Source: Guillardia theta CCMP2712 (lineage: Eukaryota; Protista; Cryptophyta). Taken from it: a stretch of DNA of 38,830 nt. The notes beneath the pieces were generated by a model. It was not told where the DNA came from and did not search any database. It worked only from the letters and a program-made list of their open reading frames with translations. Positions 1 to 10,609 of this stretch are shown here, in pieces (the first letter of the stretch is position 1; the number at the start of each line of letters is the position of its first letter). Both the position numbers and the translations under genes were made by a program. Location: the NCBI RefSeq assembly GCF_000315625.1, contig NW_005434611.1:425649-464478 (forward strand), in the 5' to 3' direction.

Positions 1-232
1 TGATCCGACAGCAAGGCGTGCCTGTCCTTGTACAGGTTCTGTGCACTGGCACAGACGCTACCCACGAAAGGTCGGCTGGCGCTATCTGGAAGTCATGTGT
101 GAACGACCAGTCAATCAGGGAGGGAGGGAGAGGGAAAGGGAGGCCTGGGAGTGAGTTTGTCGGTGTAACAGTGCAGGAAGGATGAGGGTCTGACTACAAT
201 AGTTTGAGCAGGTTCGGACTGTTGGCAAGAGA

Positions 233-3200
233 ATGAAGGATATGGAGCCAGTCCCTCCCTCAAAGCTGAGCAGAGCAGAGAAGCTGAGGAGACCAGAATG
301 TGTTACGAGGGTGCGAGGGAGGAGGGAGGAGGGAGTATGGGACTTTGGGAATGTCTGGGCAGCCATACAAGAAGTTGAGGAGAGCGCAAATAGCGAGTCA
401 GTCAGCTCGCTCAAGGAAGCGTTAAAGGAACAGGAGGCCTTCGGCTTTCAGCTCCGACACATCCTGGAGGCTGCCAGGTTCTCGGCAGAGAAGCGGGCCG
501 GACGGTATGCGGTCGAACTCAGACATCTCGGCAAGGACGAGGCAGAGCAGCAGGAACATCAGCAGCAGCAGCAGCAGCAGCGAGCCACGCTACTGAAAGC
601 ATTGAATCGCTTGCTGAAACGACGGCAGCGGGAGGATGAGGAGGGAGAAGTGCGGGAGTGCTTGAGGAGCTGGCACAAAATGCATGAGCAGGCAGCCATG
701 GAACAAGAGCTGAAGAAGATGGAGAAGGATTGGGCGACCTCCGTCCAAGTCCTGCTCAAAGAGGTCTCCTCCCTCTCCTTGTCTTCACCCTCCTCGCCCT
801 CCTCCTTCCCTCTGCTTCCTGCACCAGCTCTCTCCGCCATGTTCGTGCATGGCTCTGGTCGCATGCTGACGAAGTTGCGGGGGCAGGTGAAGGTCGAGTC
901 TCGCTGGAAGCTTCAGGCCCTCAGCACTTGGGGGGCAGCGAGGAGGAGGAGCGACTTCCTTGGGCTGTGCGCGAGAAAAATCTCACGGAGGAGAAGGAGA
1001 GTGCTGTGTGTGCGATGCCTCGTGTGCTGGTGGAGTCTCAAGGAGGAGAAGGGGAGGAGGAAGAGGAAAGAAGCTTTGGCCCTCGATCGCCTCCATCGGA
1101 GGATCTGCAGGAGATGGAGGTTGGCGGCAGAGCTGGAGAGGCAGGAGAAGTTGGTGATGATGAGACTGGAGGCGGAGAGGCGGAGAAGAACAAGAGCAAG
1201 AGCGTGGGAGATGCTCTGCTGTTTCACGCGGAAGCAGAAGATGATGAGTAGGCGAATGACAGCGGTGACGAGAGGAGGGAGGAGGAGGAGACTGCTGTGG
1301 TCCGTGCGAATGTGGGAGGGGGCGATGAAGAGGAGGAGAAGAGCGAGAAACGCAAGAGGAAAAGAGGAGCAGAGGAGAGTGCGATGCGTACGGAAGGCGT
1401 TGGAGGAGTGGAATAGAAGGAAGCAGCAGAGGAAGGGGGTAAGTAAAGAAGAGGAGGTGCTCGAGGATGACCATGGTGCAGGCACGAAGAAGACGTCAAG
1501 GTCAAGAGCGACGGATGCTCGAGCGCTCGCTATCAGCTCTGACAGGTTGGATGGAGCGGAAGAAGTTTGAAGCAGCGAGGCAGACGAGGATGAGGATGCG
1601 GAGGACGCGGCTGATCCTGACTTGCTGGGGGAAGTCACCGCCAACTGCTGGAGCACAAGGAAGTGCGTTGAGAGCCAAGGGGAGCAGGAGGAGGCGGCAA
1701 GCATGATCTCAAGGGCGAGGATGCTGATGACGAGGAGAGAGAGCAGGAGATGGAAGCGGCTGGTGTTGCACGAGCTGTTTCACGTCCTGTGCCACCAGCG
1801 AACCAGCAGGCGAGGCAACGCGATGCTCCTCTCTCGCCAGCGACGATGGGCGGAAAGAAGAATCTTGTACTGTTTTGAGGAGGAGACGGGGAGGAGGAGA
1901 AGGAGGAGGCAGGTGGTGCAGCGAGTGAGGGAGGGACAAGCGAGGGCATGTCAGGAGAGAGCGCTGTGGGTCTGGATGGAATGGGGCGCGGGGAGATGGA
2001 GGGTGAAGCAGGAGGCGACGGCTCAGCGGTTGGAGAGGCTGGAGGAGGCAATGCGGGAGTGGAAGATGCTGGGGAGGATGCAGAGGTTTTGCCGGACGCA
2101 AACGATGCAGGTGGCGGAGGCGTTGGGGGAGAAGATGAGGGAGGAGGAGGTGAGGGGGCAGGAGACGCGGCAGAGGCTGGTGCAGCTGACAGTGCGAAAA
2201 TGGCTGATGAGAGGAAGCAGAAAGTTGCTGCTCAGCTTCGCCTCCTCCTGTAGGCGCATGAGACGAGCAAGAGCCTTGGTGGAGGGCAAAGTCGGGAGAA
2301 GAGAGCGCCTTCTCCTCTCCTCCCTCCTCTGTCTCTGGTGGGAGGCAGTGGGGGCAGCAGCAGCAGCTCAAGGAAGGAGTGAGAGGCTGAGAGAGCGAAG
2401 GTGGAGGGAGGAGGGCAAGGACCAGTTCATCGTGTGGAAGGAGCAAACTCAGTTGTCGTTGGAGAGAAGGCGACTGCTGGCGATGAAGAGAGAATGGACA
2501 AGAATGCGACGAGCTACGAGGGGAGGAGGAGGAGGAGGAGAGCGAGTGATATGGGCAGACCAACTTGTGAGGCTGTTGGAGCAGAGCAGCAGGAAGACGC
2601 AGCAGCTTATCTTGTCCAGCTGGAGAAGAGCTGCTTTCTGCCTCTCCGTCGCGAGCTCGCGTGCTCTGCGTCGCCTCGTCTCCTCGTCGTTCGCTCAGTT
2701 CGCGTTCGCTGCTCGTCATGTCGCGAGGTTGAGGAGGCGTCTGAGCACCTTGGCTGGTCGGCGACGCAGAAAAGTCTTGGAGTACGCGATCCGAGCGCTT
2801 GCGGCTGCGCAAGACGCAAGTCAAGGAAGTCAAGGATGCCAGGAGGAGGTGGAGGAGGAAGTAAGAGGTGAGAAGGCAGAGACAAAGAAAGAGAACAGAG
2901 AAGATGGAGAGGGGCAGCAGGAGCAGGAGCAGCAGGAGCAGCAGGAGCAGGAGAAGCAGAAGGAGGAGGAGAGGATTGACTCCTTGCTTGTCTTTGCCGA
3001 GTGTGTGCTTGCTTGCTTCGAGAATGTAGTCAGTCACTTCAGGGCGTTAGGAGAGGAGGAGGTCAGGAAGGAGCGACACAGAGAGCCGACAAGAGCGAGA
3101 GAAAGTCTGCAGGGACAAGCGGGCGGCGAGGAGGAGGCGAGAGGAGGGAAGCAGAAAGCTTCTGTGACGAGGACGCGGCTGAAGGAGAATGGCAAAGGAG

Positions 3201-4071
3201 GAGGAGGAGCCAGGCAGAAGCATCTCAAGGAGCATATGACGTTGAAGACAGAGGAGGACGAGGAGGAGCTTCATGTCTCGCATGCTTCGCTCCCTCAGTG
3301 GGGCAGAGAAGCAGCTGCCTGCTCGCTCCTCTCGCAGGGTCGACGGACTTTCCTCCTCCTCTGCTGCTTCTTCGCGGCTTGGAGCAAGGTCGCGTCGGAG
3401 CTCTTCCAGCTGAGGACTGGCTTGAGGATGATGGAGGAGAGGGAGAGGAGGAGGAAGATGCGCCATTGCCTCTTCTCCTGGCAGGTTCGAACCATCGACG
3501 AGCTGCTGCTCACCGACAAGTGGCTGCACAAGTCACCCGTCCTGAAGAAGCTACAAGGATTAAAGTTTACCTTGAGGAGGAGGAGGTGGAGGAGGAGGAG
3601 GAGAAGGCCTGCGAGCAGATTCCTTCACGTCCTCGCTCGTCAACCACCAGGTGATTTACAGGCGCAGCTCTGCCTCCTCCTCCTCCTCCTCCTCTCATGG
3701 TCACTCGCAGCTGCTTCGTCACCTCAGATGCTCGGACAGCATCCGACGACGAAGATTCTTTCGCTGAGAGCCGGGAAGGCATCGATTTCTCCTCGCGCTT
3801 CCTCTCCTCCTCTCCCTTCCTTCCCTCCTGCTCGCTCTCGCCCACCAAGAGTTTCCAACCTTCGTCGCTCGAGCACTCTGGTAACGAGCTCGCCTGTCCC
3901 TCCTTCCATCCTGCTTCTTTCCTTTTCTCCTCGATCCTCCTTCACTTCTTCTCCCCCGCTCCTAGAATTTCTCCTCCCCCCCCCCTTTCCTCTTCTTACT
4001 TGTTTGCAGAAGTTCTTCCGGCAAAAGGGCCGCTCACTCCTTCCACCCCCGACCACCCGCAAGCCCTCTGA
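233..4071 (+). CDS. Sfi1-like Trp-repeat helical (centrin-binding) protein, multi-exon; ends uncertain
   Basis: Long Arg-rich helical ORFs (233-1570, 1622-4186) with recurring [LF]xxW motifs (RECLRSW, KALEEW, EAMREW, LILSSW, CFFAAW, HCLFSW). Joined in frame by GT-AG introns 1439-1481, 1501-1545 and 1634-1713. The 3' exons are tentative. Confidence 0.6.
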
Positions 4072-4154
4072 CCCCAGCAAACCAAGTCAAGGAACAAACC
4101 GAGGAGGAGGAGGAGGTAAAAGCTTCGGCAGACGGAGATCAAGTTTCAACACGT

Positions 4155-4950
4155 TTAATAAAATTGTCTTTCCTCTATCAGCTTGAGGATATTTCTCTGC
4201 GCATCTCTGAAACCCTTCCTCACTGCCTGCTCGTCCTCTAACAGCTTCATTTTCCTCCCCTGTCCCTCTCCCTTACTCTGCACCCCCCTCGAACTCTCTT
4301 CCCCTCCCTCTCCGTCTCCGTCTCCCTTTTCCTTCCCCCTCCCTCCCCCTCCCCCACTAGCTCCTATCACTATCACCCCCTCTCGCCCCCCCTCCATTCC
4401 CCTCGTCCTCGAGCTTGACTCTGCATCAAGCATCCAGCTCGCCTCCTCCCTTCCTCGTAGGGAATTTTTGTCACTTCGCGCCTTCGCAGCCGGAAATAGC
4501 ATCTTCAGCGCTTCTTCAAAGATGTCCAATGAGTCTGGCAATGCTGTGAGCTCCTCCTCCTCCTCCTCCTCCTCCTCCTCCTCCTCCTCCTCCTCCTCCT
4601 CCTCCTCCTCCTCCCTCTCCTCCTCTCCTCCTCTCCCGTTCCCTCACCACCATCCCCACCTCCTGCTCCCCCCTCTTCTTCGTACCTGCTTCCTCTTTGG
4701 TGAGATCGCTCTTGTTGCATCTCTCCACGAGCACGAGGTCAGCGACTATGCTGAACTCTTGACTTGCGAATTCCCTGCCAGAACTCATGCTGGTCGACCA
4801 GAACCCAGTCATGCTCGACGAGTTCTTCCTGGCAGACGTCGTCGGTTTCATCCCTCGTCGATATTTCCTCCCTCCATTCCTCGTTCTCGTCCTCCTCGTG
4901 CCATGCGCTGGCGCTGCAAGAAACGAGTAGCAGGACATGTAGCAGACCTG
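4155..4950 (-). CDS. Hypothetical multi-exon protein
   Basis: Non-repetitive segments (LLHVLLLVSCSASAWHEEDENEEW; PDSLDIFEEALKMLFPAAK; KMKLLEDEQAVRKGF...QFY*) are separated by microsatellite introns. No family recognised and no start found. Confidence 0.35.
4552..4612. repeat. (CCT)n microsatellite, probably intronic
   Basis: Direct reading. Similar (GGA)n tracts occur near 10737-10786 and 11550-11600. Confidence 0.95.
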
Positions 4951-4987
4951 CGAGCGAATGGCGTGAGGATGACACCCAAGAGACTAA

Positions 4988-5308
<321 letters not shown>

Positions 5309-5562
5309 TGACGGCAGGCGCATCAACGGCAGGATGTGCCAGGGGGTGGGGGTGGGGGACTTACCAAGTCCGCCTCGGAGGTTTATCCCTAACCGGTCCG
5401 CCTCAGATTTTAATCTTTCCAGATACCCCCACCCCACCTATGTACTGCAAAGGCCCACCAGGGGTAGTGGGCCGCTTCCCAGCAAGCAGTCGACCCCAAA
5501 CACCCCTCCCTTCCTCAAGAATGTGACAGTCACAAACATGGTGGGTAGTACAGCGAAAATTT

Positions 5563-6276
5563 ATGATGGAGGGCGAGGATGGGAGCGACACAAGTGACAT
5601 GTACAGATGTACGAAGATGGCAAGCGACATAAGAAGAAGTTCTATCTTTGCTTGGGGCTTCATCGATCTGGCTGAGATCATCAGGAACCTCACTAATCGA
5701 CATATTGTTCTCCTCAATCTCTCATGCAAAAGCATCAACAAAGCGATTCAGGACGACACCCAGTGCTCTGAAACTGTCAAGTCTCGCCTGGACGCATGCC
5801 GAGCATCTCATTGCAAGATGATCAAACGAATGAAGTTGAATTGGAATGGACTGCAGTGGGTAAACCCGCCCCCGCTTACAGACATGTGCCTTCTATCCTT
5901 GTACTCCTTTGCTGGTTGTACCATGTGTGTGGCGAAGCGCTTCGACAAATCAGTTGAGGTTGTGTTCGAGGGGTTTGGCAGCAGGCTTTGCAAAGATTGT
6001 TACATGTCTGAGACTGTAGGAGAGTTTGTCATCGAGCGAGTGTACAATTTGAGCCTGCAAGATTGCCGACATCTGCCTCACAGGATCATCGAATGTCAGT
6101 TTAACAAGTCGAGAAGAAGAGAGCAGCGAAGATTTCTGAAACGCGACATCGAGAAGATGGCTGGAAAACATTTGAGCCCTGATGAGATCGAGATGGAGGC
6201 TTTTGCCGCCAACGTAACGAAAAATATTGTCTGCCTCGGAAAATCGCTAGGACGAGAGGAATTGGCGAGAAGATGA
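5563..6276 (+). CDS. Intronless protein with F-box-like N-terminus and XPA-like C4 zinc finger/helical domain
   Basis: 237-aa non-repetitive ORF. LAEIIRNLTNRHIVLLNLSCKSINKAI is F-box-like. CTMC...LCKDC followed by YNLSLQDCRHLPH and RRFLKRDIEK resembles the XPA/Rad14 DNA-binding core. Confidence 0.6.
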   Translation: MMEGEDGSDTSDMYRCTKMASDIRRSSIFAWGFIDLAEIIRNLTNRHIVLLNLSCKSINKAIQDDTQCSETVKSRLDACRASHCKMIKRMKLNWNGLQWVNPPPLTDMCLLSLYSFAGCTMCVAKRFDKSVEVVFEGFGSRLCKDCYMSETVGEFVIERVYNLSLQDCRHLPHRIIECQFNKSRRREQRRFLKRDIEKMAGKHLSPDEIEMEAFAANVTKNIVCLGKSLGREELARR

Positions 6277-6823
6277 AGAAGAGTGACACCTGAGTCGCCA
6301 TGAAGCTTGTGCGCATCTTGAAAGTTCATGGTTGAGGATCTCGTGAGATGATGGCCCTCCTTACATGGTGTGTTGATTGATCGCTCACTCGTTGCTTCCT
6401 CTCCCCTCGTAGATCAAATTTGCGTATGAAAGTGTGAGATAATCTATCGTGCCTGCTGTAAAGCCTTCAAGTATGTCTTGTCATGTTTCAGATCAGCGAA
6501 ATTACATGGAGCGAAAGGATGTCCTCGAAGAAAGTCTTGCTGTGCTCGCAGTCTTGGTCTCTATCGTGACTCTCTCATGGACTTGTCGGAGGAAGTCTGG
6601 TGACGAGACTTGAACAGTGAGGTCGCAAGAGCATCTCGACGTCTGTCGCAGTGACCGTGATCATACTCTTCCTCTTCCTCTTCCTCTTCCTCTTCCTCCT
6701 TCTCGTCCTCATCTTCACTCAGTCACCTGTACTGCTGTTCACCAACCGACCGACCACCTACCCCTCCCATACCATTTCCCTTTCAAACCACCGGTACGAA
6801 GAGGCACCCGATAGAATGGAGGG

Positions 6824-7800
6824 ATGAGGCAGGTGAGGGCAGGAGGGGGGAGAAGGGAAAGATGGGAGGAGAGAGGAGGAGAGAGGAGGAGAGAGGAGGA
6901 GAGAGGAGGAGAGAGGAGGAGAGAGGAGGAGAGAGGAGTGGGAACGGGAATAAGGAGGTGCTGTTCCACTGACTGGGCGTCAGGCGAGGAGCGAGCAACA
7001 ACATGCAGGCGGAGGTCTCCTGATGGAGAGGAAGGCAGCAAGTCACGAGCTACTTCTCTGCCTCTGACGGGTGGAGCTGGTGGGATGGGTGCGGGTAGAT
7101 CCGTGCAGAGGGTCGCAGCGGTGGAGGCGGAGGATAGCGGGGGCGCGAGGGAGCGGAAGGCAGAGAAGGTGAAGGAGAAGAAGAGCAGGAGCAGAGCCCG
7201 ACAGACGTACGTGGACGTGGAGGTGAGGGTCCTGTGCTCCTAGAGACAAGTCTGACTCAGAACCAGGACGACCATGTCGCCCTCCCCCAGCACCTCGTCC
7301 TCGGGCAGGTCAACCTCCTCCTCCTCTCCTCCTCCTCTCCTCCGCGTTCCCTCGCGGCCAGCTGGTCTGACAAGGGGAGGGCAGGACATGGACGAGCGAG
7401 GCCGCTTCATCAAGATGACGAGACGTCCGCTCATGTCGCTCATCAGCAGTGGGCGAGGAGGAGCTTCTTTGCTGCGACGCTGACGAGCTGCAGGTGAGGG
7501 GAGCAGCCTTCCTGGTCTGCCTGCTGGACTGCGGACGGATGGCTTCTACTTCCAGCCACATCTGCCTGCAGGCAGGTCCTCTGTCCTCCTCCTCCTCCTC
7601 CTGATCCTCGTCTTGTGTAGCAGGGGAGGAGGAAGAGAAGGAGGCAGGCGGCGGCTCGGGGTCGGAGAGGTGAGGAGGACGGAGGGGTGCAGGGCTGAGG
7701 GTGGAGCAGGAGAGTTCAGGTTGTGAAGCCACTTGGAGGAGGAGGCGAGCGAGTGTACTACGTCATCGAGAAACCCTCGAGTCCTCAAGGAGACCCGTAG
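6824..7800 (+). CDS. Hypothetical multi-exon protein
   Basis: Short exons bounded by GT-AG (...RARQTYVDVE / DDHVALPQHLVLGQ / DMDERGRFIKMTRRPLMSLIS / VVKPLGGGGERVYYVIEKPSSPQGDP*). No family recognised. Confidence 0.35.
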
Positions 7801-8168
7801 AGGACAAGAAGGGCCAGGCGGCTCCTCCCTCCTCTTTGCTCCCTCACGCTCCTTCATCCTGCTCCTTTCTTCTTTCTGCTTCCTCCCTCTTCAATGTCTG
7901 CGGGTCAACTCCCAGCCTGAGAGCAAAAAGTCAGGGAGGGGGGCGAGCGGAGGTCAGGAGGAGAGGAGAAGCTCGTGATCGCTTGTCCGCACCTCTCGCT
8001 CTCAGCATCGCCTTCCTTCATAGTGAATACTACTGTCCAGTAGCCCATGGACCCTCCTGCGTCTCTCTTGCTCTGCATTGTAGCTACTTTATATCTATCT
8101 AGCTGACCATGAAAGGTAGTGGAAAGGGTGGTGGAAATGAGGACGAGGAGGGGATGGGGAGGAGGGCG

Positions 8169-10082
8169 TTAGCTAGAGGGAGCAGCAGGAGCGCGGAGGA
8201 ACTTGAGGGAGGAGCTGACGCGACGAAGACTGACAGGAGGCCCAAGCAGAGCGAAGATGTCTGAAGAAGAACGTGAGAAGATGCGGAGGAGAAGATGCGG
8301 AGGAGAAGAGGGGGAGGGGAGCTAGGAGGAGGAGTCACCAGTGAGGGACGGGCCGCCGTCCTTTCCTGTCAGTGCGAGGCGAACAAATTTCATCATCGCT
8401 CCCTTGCTCATAGCCTTCGCTCCTGCTGCCTTCGCTGCCTTCCTCGCTTCCTCTATCAGCACGTCCAGTCCTCCTCCTTCCCTCCTCTCGGCTTGCTTCT
8501 GCAGCTCCTGCTCGAAGTTCTCTAGGTGTGCGATGACTTGCTCGCGAGCCTCGGCTGCCGTATGAGAAGCGAGGGCCTGAAGATAATGAGGCGGATTCTG
8601 AGGAGGGGGAGGAGGAGGAGGAGGAGGAGGGTAGAAGAGGATGAGAGAGAGGAGGGAGGATGGTAGGAGAGGGAGCAAGGAGAGGGAGTGGAAGCATCGG
8701 CACCTCAGGATCAGGGTCTGTCCAGAAGTAGAGAAATTGCGACAGTATCTCGCTCCTCCGCTCGACTCGCTCCACCACCGTCTTCACCACCTCCTCGAAG
8801 TACTTGTCGTCCTCCACCCGGTCGGCGAGGATCGGCTGGCCCGAGACCTTGACGAGCTCGCGCAGGCGAGGACCGAGCTCGAGCCACAAGCCTCTCCTGC
8901 CCTCCGAGTCCTGGCACATCCCCCGCAGCACCGACGTCTGGATGGAGCTGAACTTGCCGATGTCTACTCGCGTCCCATGCTTGTGTACCTGCAACAACCT
9001 CAGGTTCTTACTTTGCAAACCCCTCCCTTCCTTCTCCTGCTGCTCCTGCTCATGCCCCTAGTCCACCTGCTCCTCCTCTTCTTTTCCTCACCTTGGATAG
9101 ATCGAACTCTTCTATCAGTTCCTTGACAGTCATGATCTCCTTGGAGGGAGTGAAGCCCATGCTCGCCGTGTAGCTCAAGATCTGCTGAGGGTCAACGATA
9201 AAGCCTCTCCCTCCTCCTCTCCCTCACCGCCTTCATCTCGAAGCCCTGGCGCACGAAACTCTCAACGGTCCCATGCTCGTGCCTGCAGGAGCATCAGACT
9301 GCAGGAGCTCTCCTCGCCTCGACCTCTTGGAGAGTTTCCCGCCGTCAGGGTTGAGCAGGAGGGGCAGGTGAGCGAATGGAGGGGGAGGGTGTCCAAGGGC
9401 CCTGTGGAGGAGGATGTGCTTGGGAGCGGAGGAGAGCCACTCCTCGCCTCGGATGACGTGCGAGATGCCCATGTTCTGGTCGTCCACCACGCTTGCCAGG
9501 TGATAAGTCGGCAGCCCGTCAGACTTGACGAGGATGGCATCATCCACCTTGCTTGGGGATCACAACTCGCCCTCGCACCAGGTCCTCCACCTCAGCCTCT
9601 CCCAGCTGCTGCAGCGCTCGCTCAGCATCTAGCCGGATCACTCCTCCTCCTCTTCTTCCTGCTCCTCCCAGGAGATCCTCAGCTGCTCGCCTCCGGAAGA
9701 CGAAGCTGCCAACGCGCGCTTCCTCTTCCTTCCGGTACCTCTCCACCTCCGCATCGTCATAGCTGCAGCGGTACGCCAACCCTGCCTGCTCCAGTCTTGC
9801 TGCTGCTGCTGCATAAAGCTCCTTCCTCTCTGACTGCACGTAGGGACCGTGATCGCCGCCTACTCCGTACCCCTCGTCGGGGCCTATGCCGGCATCTTGT
9901 AGCATACGGAGGAGGAGGGAGGCTGAGCCAGGGACAGTCCGTGCTGTGTCCGTGTCTTCAATGCGGAGGATGAAACGACCGCCATGCTTGCGCGCGAAGA
10001 GAAAGTTGTAGAGAGCCGTCCGCAGCCCTCCCAGGTGAAGCAAACCAGTAGGTGATGGCGCGAAGCGAACCCTCACCGTCAT
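8169..10082 (-). CDS. gltX: Glutamyl-tRNA synthetase, bacterial/organellar type (multi-exon; frame break near 9548)
   Basis: [28 protein letters not shown] (HIGH-like), [60 protein letters not shown] (KMSKS-like), and the anticodon-domain motif [14 protein letters not shown]. Confidence 0.93.
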
Positions 10083-10609
10083 GGCAGGGGATGAAGGGGA
10101 GGAGGAGACGTAGACACAGTGAGAGAAGTAAGGCGAGGGAGATGGAGGATGGTAAGGTAGACGCAGGGAGGGGGAGGAAGGGAGTGGAGGGAGGAAAGGA
10201 GAAATTGATGAGGGAATTGTGTGTACCAGAAAGCTGGGAGACCTCGTCAGGTTTTGAGTTCAGCTTGCCAGGTTGCCTTTCAGTTTTGCGGCCGGGCCGG
10301 GCAGGTGACCGCCGCGGCGGGTCCGGGCCCCGGGTCCGGATGATTATGAAGTTCGGAAGCGGATTGATAGGGCGGCAGGGCCGGGCCGCTCGGTAGTAGA
10401 GGCGATGGGAACTCAGAAGAAGAGCCGCCGGGTTTACTCAGTCGGACTCCCCGCAATCGAAGTCCTCAGGCTCGACTAAGTTGAGCGGTCGGTATCATGG
10501 GTGACCGTCGGACTCTCCGGGCCGCTGAGGCCCGGCAGTGAGGGCCCGGCCGGCTCCTCCTCAGTCTTGACTTATCCTCCTCCTCCTGACTTCTCTTCCT
10601 CTCGTTCCT

